A stretch of 63,853 nt of DNA, the filler included, from Cystobasidiomycetes sp. EMM_F5 (taxonomy: Eukaryota): NCBI GenBank assembly GCA_051047955.1. It is 7 parts of 7 records of this genome, joined end to end, with 100 filler letters (N's around TTAATTAATTAA, not from the genome) between each part and the next. Parts side by side here need not be neighbours in the genome. Positions count along the whole stretch, not along the records: positions 23,326 to 32,538 come from JBPGPT010000079.1; positions 32,639 to 41,455 come from JBPGPT010000080.1; 5 more parts are not named here. One strand, written 5' to 3'. Numbering within the stretch: position 1 is the first letter of the stretch; each line of letters opens with the position of its first letter. Below, in pieces: positions 25,331-35,505 of this stretch. A program made the position numbers and the translations under genes. The notes beneath the pieces were generated by a model that did no database searches, was not told where the DNA came from, and saw nothing but the letters and a program-made list of their open reading frames with translations.

Positions 25331-25731
25331 TGATCGGGCGGGTGGATGGGTTTTTCTGTTTTGTTTTCTTGATGTTGTAAACGTTTTGTCTTGTAATGTT
25401 AGGGGTTTCTTGACGAATGTTGTATTTTCCAGTAATTAGTTTCATTTCCAGAACGAATGTGAGTCTTTTTCGGTTGACCAGAGTGATTGAGCGAATTGAG
25501 TCTTGATGATTGAATGAGTCTTGAAGATGAGATGAAGTTCATTGGTGTGGAAGTGATGCGAAGGGAAAAAAGATGTTCTGAAGTGGATACGAAGTGGAGT
25601 TGAAGTGAAAATCTTGAGGAATGAAGTAGTCTTGACGAGTCCAAACGAGTGTATAGATGAGTAAACGGTTATTTCTTGAGGGTATATATACGTCCAGTGA
25701 GTTTTTTTTTGAAGGTTTGGTGTACTTCGGT

Positions 25732-28543
25732 CTACTTCGGTAGAGCCGAAGTGGTCCGAACTGCGGCCGAAGTGGAGGGAACTTCTTCAGTTCTCTTGGT
25801 AAGCCTCCACTCACGTACTGCAGCAGGGCTATCCTTGTTAATGACACTAACAGGCTCCCATGACGGATCGGGGTAGCCTTCCCAGTGACATTCATATTTG
25901 CGAATAGGTTTCTGGGTCTTTTCGTCCATTATGAGTGCTTCATTGGTAATCTTGTCAAGCTTCCAGTACATGTCTCCATCGTCGTTCATACGAGTTGGTC
26001 CTACACGCTGAGGCTGTTCTCGGTCGGCAACGGAGTTCGGTTCCGGTTTCCGAAGTAGTTTCAGAAGTGAAACAGGAAAGGTACTGTGTTTTCGATTGAA
26101 AGGAGGAGTTAGTAGTAGACGAGCAGCATTATCGCCGATCATCTTTTCAATGACAAATGGTCCTACAAATGGGTCTTTTAGTTTTGAACTTCCCACAGTT
26201 CCGAAGTGCCTTGTCGAGAGCAGCACTTCATCTCCAGCAGCGAACTTCGCGGCGACATGTGAAGAATCCCAGCGAGCTTTGTGAGCTTCAAATGCTCCTT
26301 CAACAACAGCATCGTGAGCTCTGTCACGCGCGTGTTCTATCATTGAAGCGATGTTCTCAGCGCTAGGGTCGACTTCGACCGAAGTGGAGATGGTTCCCGC
26401 TATAATTCCAAAAGGAGACTTGGGAATCCATCCTCGCTCCAAAATGTAGGGAGCTTTGTTGGTTACAGCGTGCGGTGTCGAATTATAAGCGTACTGAAGT
26501 GCCGGAAGTAGGTCCACCCAGTCGTGCCTGAATCCTTCTTTGTCTCGATGTTCAAGACCGAAAGCACAGTATCTACGGATCATATCGACCAGTGTCTGGA
26601 TAATTCTTTCAGCTAACCCATCAGTCTGTGGATGATGAGCTGTAGACATGTTGAGTTTGACTCCCAGTCTTCTTTGGAGGTACTTCCAGAAGTCCGAAGT
26701 GAACTTCGGGTCTCTATCCGAGATGATGATCCGAGGAAAGCCTACGTCAGAGTAACAGTGTTTCCAGAAGACAGTGGCGACGTCTTTGGCGGTGGCTGTA
26801 TCCCGAAGTGGCAGAAAGCGAGCCGACTTGGTCGCTCTGTCACATATAGCCAGTACGCTGTTGAATCCCGAAGTGGCCGAAGTAGGAAGTGCGGTTACGA
26901 AGTCCATATGAATGATGTCCCAAGGCCTCTTCGGGTTCTCAATATGCTGGAGCAATCCTGCTTGCTTACCTGTGGTACGTTTAGATAGTGCACAAGTAGT
27001 GCATGTCTTGCACCATGTCTCAACGTCGCTGTTCATATCAGGCCACCAAGCGTGTTGCCGAACTCGTTCTAGAGTTCGGTCAAATCCGAAGTGCCCCGAA
27101 GTGAGCTGGTCATGACAGGCAGCGATGATCATCTGCTTTGTAGGAGTGTCTCCAATGCAGGGAAGTGCAGATACACCTTTCCGAAGATGTAGAGCATCGT
27201 CGAAGAGGAAGAACTGCCCACTTCGGAAGTACTCGAGTGTACTTCGGGGAAGTCCGACTTCGGCTGCCTGTTTGGTATCTTCGGTTTCACTTCGAAGTGC
27301 CTCTCTAATGCGAGCTAGACGCGCATCAAGGTCTATTCCTGCCTTGATAGTGGCATCTAGATCGTCGTTGAGTTCGGCGATGTTGATGGCGTAGATAACT
27401 GCAACGTTATCTGTCAGTTCGGCAGCGGGATTACTCACATCATTGGGTAATGCGCATCTGCTGAGTCCATCAGCATTCTTATTGGTTACACCAGGTTTAT
27501 GGTGAATTGTCATTTGTCCCCTGTGCTCTTGGATAGCCAATTGCCAGCGTAACATATGTCGGTTGGGGTTCTTGACCGTCATTAACGTCTGAATTGCTAC
27601 GCAATCAGTGTATACTGCGAAGGTAGAGCCATCCAGGTAATAATAGAGCTTCTCTAGAGCCCAGATTAGTCCTAAGCATTCCAGCTGTGTTGCGGCATAG
27701 CGTTCTTCTGCCGGGCGGAGACGTCTGGAGATGAAAGCAATGGGTCGTTCCTTGCCTTCTTGAATTTGTGCAAGCTCTGCACCCAGTCCTTCAAAGCAAG
27801 CGTCTATATACAGCCGAAAAGGCTGATTCCAGTCTGGCATTGCTAGGATTGCGGGATCTAGAAGGGCTTTCTTCGAATCTTCGAAGGAAGTCTGACAAGC
27901 AGCGGTCCATTCCCATATAACATCTTTACTGAGCAGTGAGGACATAGGACGGAGTATTTTAGCCAGATCCTTGATGTGCGCTCGGTGATAATTGATAAAT
28001 CCCAGGTACGCCTGAAGTGTCTTCAAGTTCCGAGGGGCTGGCCAGTCCCGAACTGCAGCCAGTTTGTTATCATCGATAGCAAGATACAAACCTGATACAT
28101 GCCGTCCTAGAGCGATGAGATCTGAGCATCCGAAGTGGCACTTCGGGATCGAGACAGTGAACCCGGCCACTTCGAGTGCACTTAAGATTTTCCGAAGTGA
28201 CTCGATGTGCTCTTCAAAAGTCTTGTTGAAGATGAGGATGTCGTCAATATATACTATAGCCCATCCTTCCTGAATATACTTCCCTAGCACAGTGTTCATG
28301 GCGTGCTGGAAGTGTACAGGCGCGTTCTTCAGTCCGAAGGGCATGCGTACGTACTCGTAAAGTCCGCGGTACGTAGTAAATGCGGTATATTGAATGGAAT
28401 CCTCGTGTACCCAGCATTGATGGAAGCCTTTATTCAGATCCAATGTTGTGAAGTACTTAGCGTCTTTAAGTAATGCTAAGGTTTCCTGAATGCGGGGCAA
28501 CGGATAGACGAAGGCCTTTGTGTAGTCATTCAAAGCCTTGTAG
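25732..28543 (-). CDS. pol: Pol of element 1: reverse transcriptase, RNase H, integrase, chromodomain
   Basis: YPLPRI, LDLNKGFHQ, MPFGLKNAP, YIDD, YIDAC, HDQLTSGHFG...CTTC, HMDFV, ISDRD, DGLAER, GPF, YECHWEGYPDPSWEP. Confidence 0.93.
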
Positions 28544-31500
28544 TTAGTAGGGTTAGTAGGGAGAGTCGCGCCTTTTCGCCTTTATAGACCATGACAATGG
28601 GAGAGGAGAACTGACTCTTTGATGGTCGAATAACTCCTAGTTTGAGTAGGTCATCGATGATTATTGAGATGTCCTGTTTTGTCTTCGGCGAAGTGGGGTA
28701 AGGAGCGGCTCTTAGCTTTACCGGTATTGGGTCTGGTAATTCAACTTCGATCTGTAGAGGTGGCATCTTGCATTCGCCAAGCTGCCTGTCTCCAAAAGCA
28801 AACGCCATCTTGTACTTAAAGAGTACTGCTTTTATAACCCGAAGTTGATCCGAAGTCAGCCCCGAACTGAACTCGGCCTTCCGAAGTGCAGTTCCGAAGT
28901 CGTCTTCTACGAGAGCCATTACCTGTAAAGGATTAGCTGTGGTTACCTGAGACGTTCCCAACGCATAGCGGTTTGGGTTTGTCCCAATCTTGAGCCAACG
29001 GCCTCGAGCGGAGAACAGGTTGAATCCGTATCTGTTCATCACATTGGATCCCACCAGGATCTGTACTCCTGTAGTTGGTAGGTCTAGTACGGTGAATGAT
29101 GCCTGAATTCGAACACTACCTCGCGGGTGTGGGAAAAGCAGAGGTGTCAGATACGTTCCAATAGTCTGAAGTCGGGAGCCGAAGGCAGTGGCTACGGCTT
29201 TGGCTCCGATGATGGTAGTGACATAGCCCGGATCCAATGATTCAAGTAGTGACTTAGAGATCACAGAGATTGATGCACCAGTATCGAGTAGTACCTTGAT
29301 TGGTTTGTTGCATACTACTGCAAGTACTGTCGGAAGTACTCCGAACTGGTCATCCGAAGTGGTCTTGACGGGCTGTAAGTCTATGATGCGGTGCGGAAGA
29401 ACGGTGTTATTCAGCATACTCATAGCAGCCTCATCAGTCAGTGCTACTGGATCATTAAAAGCCCTAGTCTTCTTTGGCGAAGTGCGGACCGAAGTGGTCT
29501 CGCCAACTTCAGAAGTGAAGTGAACTTCGGGCTGAAGTTCCGAAGTGGAAGTTGCACTTCCAGTAGTATCCTCTGCCCTGCATAGAGCCGCAACTGTGGC
29601 TAGTTGGTGCTGAAGAGTCTCGAAGTCACCATCGTCGCGGTCCCAGGGTCCTATTTCAGGATACATGGTATTGTTGTCGTCGGTGTCGAGAGTTCGGACC
29701 GCATTAATATGGTAGACTACTTCGTCCACGGGATAGTCGTCGTAGTGACCATCTTCTTGGTCGTACTCGTCTTGAGCTGGTTCCTGTTGATCCAGTTGTT
29801 CGTCCAGTTCGTCTTCTTCTTCGGGCACTTCAGTAAGTGCATGGACACTTCGGTTGGGGCATTCTGCCTTAGTATGACCCGGCTTCTTACATTGGAAGCA
29901 GAGTCTACGTTCCCGAAGGTCATCGCGTTCTGCCTGACTCATCTGTGGTCTGAACGAAGAAGCCTTCTTCGGTTCCGAAGTGGCCTGCTTGGAAGAAGCA
30001 TATCGCTGCTCCGAAGTAGACTTATCCGCACTGGAAGAAGAACTGTAAGCCTGAGGACGTTGTGTAGCTCTTACTGAGTGGTTATTAGACCTCTGCGGAG
30101 GAGCTGGCCGCGTCTCTCGCCGAGAAGTCAGGTCCGAAGTGCGTCCCCGCTCTTCGTGCCTGGCGTTCTGCTGAAAGAGAGCGATAAAGTCCGTAAGCTT
30201 GCTGATACCAGGAACGAGTGGCTGTATTACTGTAGCTAGTACTGCTGGCGACACTTGATCCAGAAGTTCGTAGCACATGTCGTGAATACCTCGACCTGGA
30301 TCCACAGTTCGTGAAAGTCTGAAATATTCATTGCAGAACTTCGTCGGATCATGTTCGCTCTTAGGGAAACGGTAGCCAGCCAGCTTATTACGCTGTCTTC
30401 GTTTCCAATCTGGAGTTTCGAAGTAATCTACGATTTCTTGCTTCCAGTCTTGCCATCCGATTGGAACATCAGGATCAAGGACTCGGGTAGAGTACCAAGC
30501 CCTAGCTCTTCCGGTAAGTAGTTCGGGAAGGAGTCCAACTATCCAATTCTCGGGGACATTACCGTAGAGAATCCTAGTGTCGATGCGTGTAAACCAATCT
30601 TGATGGTTGCTTTCTGGATGCCCGTCGTAACTCGGAAGATCACTGGCTTTAGGCTGGTTGGGTTTGATCTTCTGAACATAGGACGTCCCATCAGTGTATA
30701 CCTCGGCCTCTGTTACTTCCGGGACTAGTATTGGATCTTTAGCCAGGACTGGAAGTACACTTCGGCGGTTCGGAAGTAGGGCGGGCTCAGAAGTGGCCCG
30801 AAGTGGTACTGAAGTGGGCCGAAGTGGTACTGAAGTGGGCTGAAGTGGCACTTCAGGTCTTCCCGAAGTGAATCTGACTTCTGAAGTGTACTTCGGCAGA
30901 TTTTCAGGCCTTGTCCGAACTGGAGGTGCAGGCGCAAGTGAAGCCAAGGTTGGTTCAAGCTTAGACCGATGGTCGTAAAAGATGTCTCTTGCATCTCTAT
31001 AAGCAGCTCCGGCGGCTTGAAGTTCTCCAGTAGTGTATGCTAGTGCCTTGACAACTTCTTGAAGTGTCGTAGTGACTCTACCGAAGCTTTCTACTTGTTG
31101 CTCCACCTTTTGAGCTAGCTGTTCTTGTCGATGCGTGTGCCAAGTATTTGCTTCTATCATGACATCGACACTGTTGCCAAACTTGCGAAGTAGTCGCTGC
31201 AAGTCTTGGGGTGGAGCGTGGGGATGACTAGGATGAAGATTCGAGGAAGCAGCAACCGGCTCGCTAAACGCAGGAGACTTGGGAAGCGCCGGTTTGAAAC
31301 GAGGATCTTCCATATAGAACTGCTGTGGCTCAACAAGAGTGGGGAACCATGGGCGGAGCGGCGAGCGGAGAAGCAAGCTCTGGTCTCCGGGGTTGTTTAC
31401 CTTTGTCCTGAGTTGAAATAGCAGGTGTGGGAGACTGTGGCTCTTCCAATCCCAAGTTGTTGTCGGGTAAATCAAAAAATTTACTAGACGTTTGAGAAGC

Positions 31501-31710
31501 CTCGATAAGGGCGAGTGCTTCTGGTGTCGCCATCGTGTTAGGGTAATGTACAACCCGACTGAGAGGCGGAGTGTACTGATTTGCCTGTGGCAGAGTAGAT
31601 GTACTCTGTACCGGAGTCGATTCTCCAGGTACTTCGGGTACCAAAGGGAGGTACCTGAATCGACGGGTGGGTAGTGGTGTTCCCAGGGTGATGGGAGTTC
31701 TTGAAGCCAT
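28544..31710 (-). CDS. gag: Gag-protease part of element 1 (frameshifts near 31343 and 28550)
   Basis: MASRTPITLG start; LTGRARAWY capsid-like region; CFQCKKPGHTKAEC; LLDTGAS; the RT N-terminus (IRPSKSQFSSPIVMV) is in the same frame. Confidence 0.88.
30790..30857 (+). repeat. 21-bp tandem repeat CCGAAGTGGTACTGAAGTGGG within gag
   Basis: About three units; encodes PLQPTSVPLRPTSVPLRATSE. Confidence 0.8.
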
Positions 31711-32119
31711 AGTTGAGATCTTTAGTAGACCTCGCGCTACCAGGTGAAAGCCTAGTAACCGGTAGGTCGAAGCTGAAGTGCACTTCGGTGGGATCCGAAG
31801 TGGTTCCTGGGAGCCGAAGTGCAGAGGCGAGACTTCGGTGTACCGGAAGTACTAGCTAATCTGAGGATCTTGTACTAAATCAGCTATGGGTCAAGGTAAT
31901 AGGAGCTTACAATGGTAGATCTGGATTGCCGAGATCTAGAAGTGCCTATTGATGTATAATTTGTACTTCGTCTTGGCCGAAGTACACTTCTCAGACTTCT
32001 ACTTGGTAGAAGTGGGCGAAGTACGATATTAATTATTTAATATCGTTAAAATACCGTTAAATATTATAATAAAAACTTATTATAAAATTCCGTATTGATT
32101 GGTGCTAAGGAAAGGTAGC

Positions 32120-32439
32120 CCGAAGTGGAACCGAAGTGTACTTCGAGTCCCCGAAGTGGATCCGAAGTGGGGCCGAAGTGCAGTTCGGTGGCGTTGGGCG
32201 AGCCGAAGTGCAGTTCGGGTCCGAAGTGCGGTCCGAAGTAGAAGTACCTTTCCGAAGTGAGGATAATAGAAGAACTGGATAGAGTATTGCTTCTAGAATG
32301 TACTCAAAGAAGTATTACGCTTAACCAGAAGTGGATATCGATTGTATTGAAGAAACCGAAGTGCACTTCGGGGTCCGAAGTGAGTCCGAAGTGCGGCCGA
32401 AGTGACCGAAGTGTGCCTTAAGTCGAAGTGGCACTTCGG
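32120..32439 (+). repeat. Clusters of CCGAAGT heptamers in the 5' leader of element 1
   Basis: CCGAAGT at 32120, 32131, 32151, 32162, 32173, 32203, 32221, 32233, 32252, 32356, 32375, 32386, 32397 and 32406; ACTTCGG at 32365 and 32433. Confidence 0.92.
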
Positions 32440-33095
32440 GCACGGGTTGTCTTCTGACAATTCAATATAAAATAGATGTAGGATCGATTGTAGATGTAGA
32501 ATACGTTGTAATATGTATTATATTAAACGTAGATGTAANNNNNNNNNNNNNNNNNNNNNNNNNNNNNNNNNNNNNNNNNNNNTTAATTAATTAANNNNNN
32601 NNNNNNNNNNNNNNNNNNNNNNNNNNNNNNNNNNNNNNTGTTTGTATGAATCGTTGAGACCAATGCCATTACCGCGTTGCCGAGGAACCGAGGCCGAGCA
32701 GGAGACCTGATGGTGGGCTTCATTTGATGACTAGTACTTCTCGAAGAGCTGGGGATTCTGCAGCGCCCGACACAAGTCTCACCATTCGACACCGAGCTGT
32801 CTCAGTCAGTCGACAAACTCACTTTGCATCATCATCATGCCTGCGCGTGGTGTCCGAAAACGGTCTCTGGCCGGATTCGCACGCTTCGCGTACAGGCCCA
32901 CACTGTCAGTATAGCTCGGTCACACGCTGAAAGGATACTCGCAGGTCTCACAAGTTACAGATGTGATACGAAAGTCTGCGCGGGCGTCACTCTCCGCTTG
33001 CTCCCAACCATATCGCCGCTTGATCCTATCGGAAGATCTCTACCAGCGTCATAAGCTATCGTGCTTTCGATACTATCTCCCTCCTTTCGACTGCG

Positions 33096-33554
33096 CATCA
33101 TCATATCATCACGACTTTCGCGTGTCTTGCCATCGCCTCGCACGTTACTGGAGCCGCGCCGGTTCTAATGACTGTGACTCTGGGTTCATATCATCCCGTC
33201 CTTTCCGAGAGCGTGGTCGGCGCGGGCGCGACATTCACATTTGCCGATGCTATGAATGGCCGGACTGTGAAACCAGGTCCTTTCACTATGTCATCTGGCA
33301 TGCTCTACTTTGAGCCAACGCAGACTACAACGTTGGACGTGCCCGACACTACAGGCAGCGCTCAACTCGGTCATGCTCCGGCTAACCGTCAATGCTTGTG
33401 TTGTGAATTGGCCGCAATACCTCTCCCTACACGACCTATCATCACCTGTGCCCAGTGTAGGGTACATTGTAGTTTTCTCATCCATAATCTGTCTCTTTTT
33501 CCGTGGAAGAGCATTGCGCATCGGCCGATTATTGCGTATGCGGCAGTCATTTAA
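33096..33554 (+). CDS. Small protein, paralog of 34168-34494 (no in-frame ATG before its signal-like segment; gene or relic)
   Basis: HHIITTFACLAIASHVTGAAPVLMTVTLGSYHPVLSESVVGAGATFTFADAMNG...GPFTMSSGMLYFEPTQTTT. Confidence 0.55.
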   Translation, partial: HHHIITTFACLAIASHVTGAAPVLMTVTLGSYHPVLSESVVGAGATFTFADAMNGRTVKPGPFTMSSGMLYFEPTQTTTLDVPDTTGSAQLGHAPANRQCLCCELAAIPLPTRPIITCAQCRVHCSFLIHNLSLFPWKSIAHRPIIAYAAVI

Positions 33555-34167
33555 GAAGCGTCGCTAAATGCAGAATCCACCTAAGACTGCGCGGGAATGC
33601 GGTTCTGCCTGTGCTCTACTTTTTCCCGCAGTATGTATGTCACGCAATAAGCTTCAGGTCATGGCTGGGGAATCGATGGTTTTCCACTAATTCTAAACCG
33701 TACCAGATTGATTTACATCACTACAGGAGGCTCGCCGAAGTAGATCCACTTTCTCTAGTCGTCTCCTCGGTGCACAGATGCTCTGTCTAGGCATTGCTTG
33801 CTTGACGGGTCGTGCAGGGAGGCAGCCTTTGTGACAGAACACCATCCTCCTTTCGTCCAGACTCGGTTCTGGCAATCGATCGATGGAGCTTTGCCGGTCG
33901 TCTAACCCCACTCTTTCATCGGGGACAATCACAGCCGGCAAGGGTCCAAGTCGGATTCTACCCCTCGAGTAGGCGGTGAAATAAAGGGTTCTGAAGAAAA
34001 GAGAGTGGCCAAAGGTATTCGTCTGCGCCTCCGAACATTGAGTCTCGAGTGCCGCAGATTCGCTCTCCTCCTCTCTGCACATCGCAAAGTCCGATAATCC
34101 GAATCACACCAAACAGTATCTCCCTCATCATCCACAACAAGCACTCCTCTCGACTACCTCCTCGATC

Positions 34168-34494
34168 ATGCAGTTTGGCAGAATCACCCGTCCACATCAC
34201 CTGTTCGCAGCGTCAGTGGGCTACCTTGCCTGCTTTACGTGTTTTACAAGAGCAGCCCCGGTTCTCACGACGCAAACACTAGGCTCATACCACCCCGTCA
34301 CAGCTGTAAGCGAAGTGGGAGCTGGGAAAGTTTGGACCTTCGCCGATTTTGCACAAGGCTACATCATCATGACGGGCCCTTTCAAGATGTCGTCCGGCTG
34401 GGTGTACTTTGAGCCTAGTCGGACTGTGACGACCGACATTTATTCGGAGACAATGGCCTCCGAAAGCAACACTTCCACCGCGAAGCCCAATTGA
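34168..34494 (+). CDS. Small probably secreted protein (108 aa)
   Basis: Signal-like N-terminus, then AAPVLTTQTLGSYHPV...VGAGKVWTFADF...GPFKMSSGWVYFEP, conserved with the 33.1-kb copy. Confidence 0.65.
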   Translation: MQFGRITRPHHLFAASVGYLACFTCFTRAAPVLTTQTLGSYHPVTAVSEVGAGKVWTFADFAQGYIIMTGPFKMSSGWVYFEPSRTVTTDIYSETMASESNTSTAKPN

Positions 34495-34591
34495 CCGGTA
34501 TAGCGAGACACGACTGCGATTGTTGCATTCTGTTGGTACATTAGGCATCATGTTAAATGTATCGCACACTTGACGCATCGAGCTTACGCCA

Positions 34592-34860
34592 GATTGGATC
34601 TGCTGACTCGGATGAACCATCTCCACTGACGCCTCGTCTTCGTTCATCGTATGTCTCCAACTGCACAAAGCCGGATCAAAGAGCAAGTCCCTACACGCCT
34701 GTTCAGCGTTGGTGTTTTGAACGCCTTGTTCTGCGACTTTCTCCCACATCGATTGACTCTGCTTACTCGTATGAACCATCTCTACTGATGCATCGTCTCG
34801 TTCATCGTATATCTTCAACAGTACGAAGCTAGATTACAAGGCAAGCCCCTACGCGCCTGT
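34592..34860 (+). repeat. Imperfect direct repeat, about 110-bp unit, period about 158 bp
   Basis: GATTG...TCTGCT.ACTCG.ATGAACCATCTC.ACTGA.GC.TCGTCT...CAAG.CCCTAC.CGCCTGT at 34592-34702 and 34751-34860. Confidence 0.75.
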
Positions 34861-35505
34861 CGTCGTTGATGCGCCACGCAGATGTCATCGCTTCCAGCTG
34901 GATCGCCTTTATTGACATTTTGCAATGTGTGCCTGCTGGAAAGACGTATCAAACGTTCGGCGTATATAATCTTTTTACTGGCAGGAGTGCAGTATACCTT
35001 CCGCAACTCGGAACATTGATGAGTCTGTGCAAGAGTATTACCGTAGTGTCCGATGCCTTGTAGAGGACTGGCTGGGTTACATACAGTACATGGAAACCTC
35101 GGTGGCGGTCTATCAGCTTGGCTGGAATTTCTCGACATCGTGACTAGCGGGGATCATCTCGCTTCTGGGCATCAGGATGTTGCTGCAGTTGGGAAGCGCA
35201 TACAATGGTCATCTGCTACAGTCGTAAGTTCTGCTTGGAATTGCGGAGACACAGAAGTAGCAAGTGGAGACAGCGCAGTCAAGAACCAGTCGGGAAGGGG
35301 GAACGAGGAAGCGGAAGCGGAAGAGTAGACTATTTGATCTGGTGTAGGGTCCTGGCCATCCAGGGCAGACTTGTGGAGACTCCGTTGTCCGTTATCATAA
35401 ACGATCGGGCAGGTCTCTGCCGAAAACAAAGAGCGAAACTCGGCTCTTGCTGCACTTTGCCCTTTGCTGTACTTGCATTACTACTGCATCTCTGTTTCGT
35501 ATGCA

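Larger units (their letters stand above)
23326..32538 (-). mobile_element. Ty3/Gypsy chromovirus LTR retrotransposon (element 1), nearly full length, with antisense accessory gene
   Basis: Gag CCHC knuckle, protease LLDTGAS, RT YIDD, RNase H, integrase HHCC/DDE, chromodomain. PPT and 3' LTR start at the left end; 5' LTR missing at the gap. Confidence 0.95.

Noticed and set aside
31330..31350. Programmed frameshift in gag of element 1
   Set aside because: It is explained by one extra C in a C run (GTT CCCC ACT), with no slippery heptamer; mutation or sequencing error.
32120..32439. CRISPR-like array
   Set aside because: Repeats are 7 bp with 3-5 bp spacers in a eukaryotic retroelement; no cas genes.
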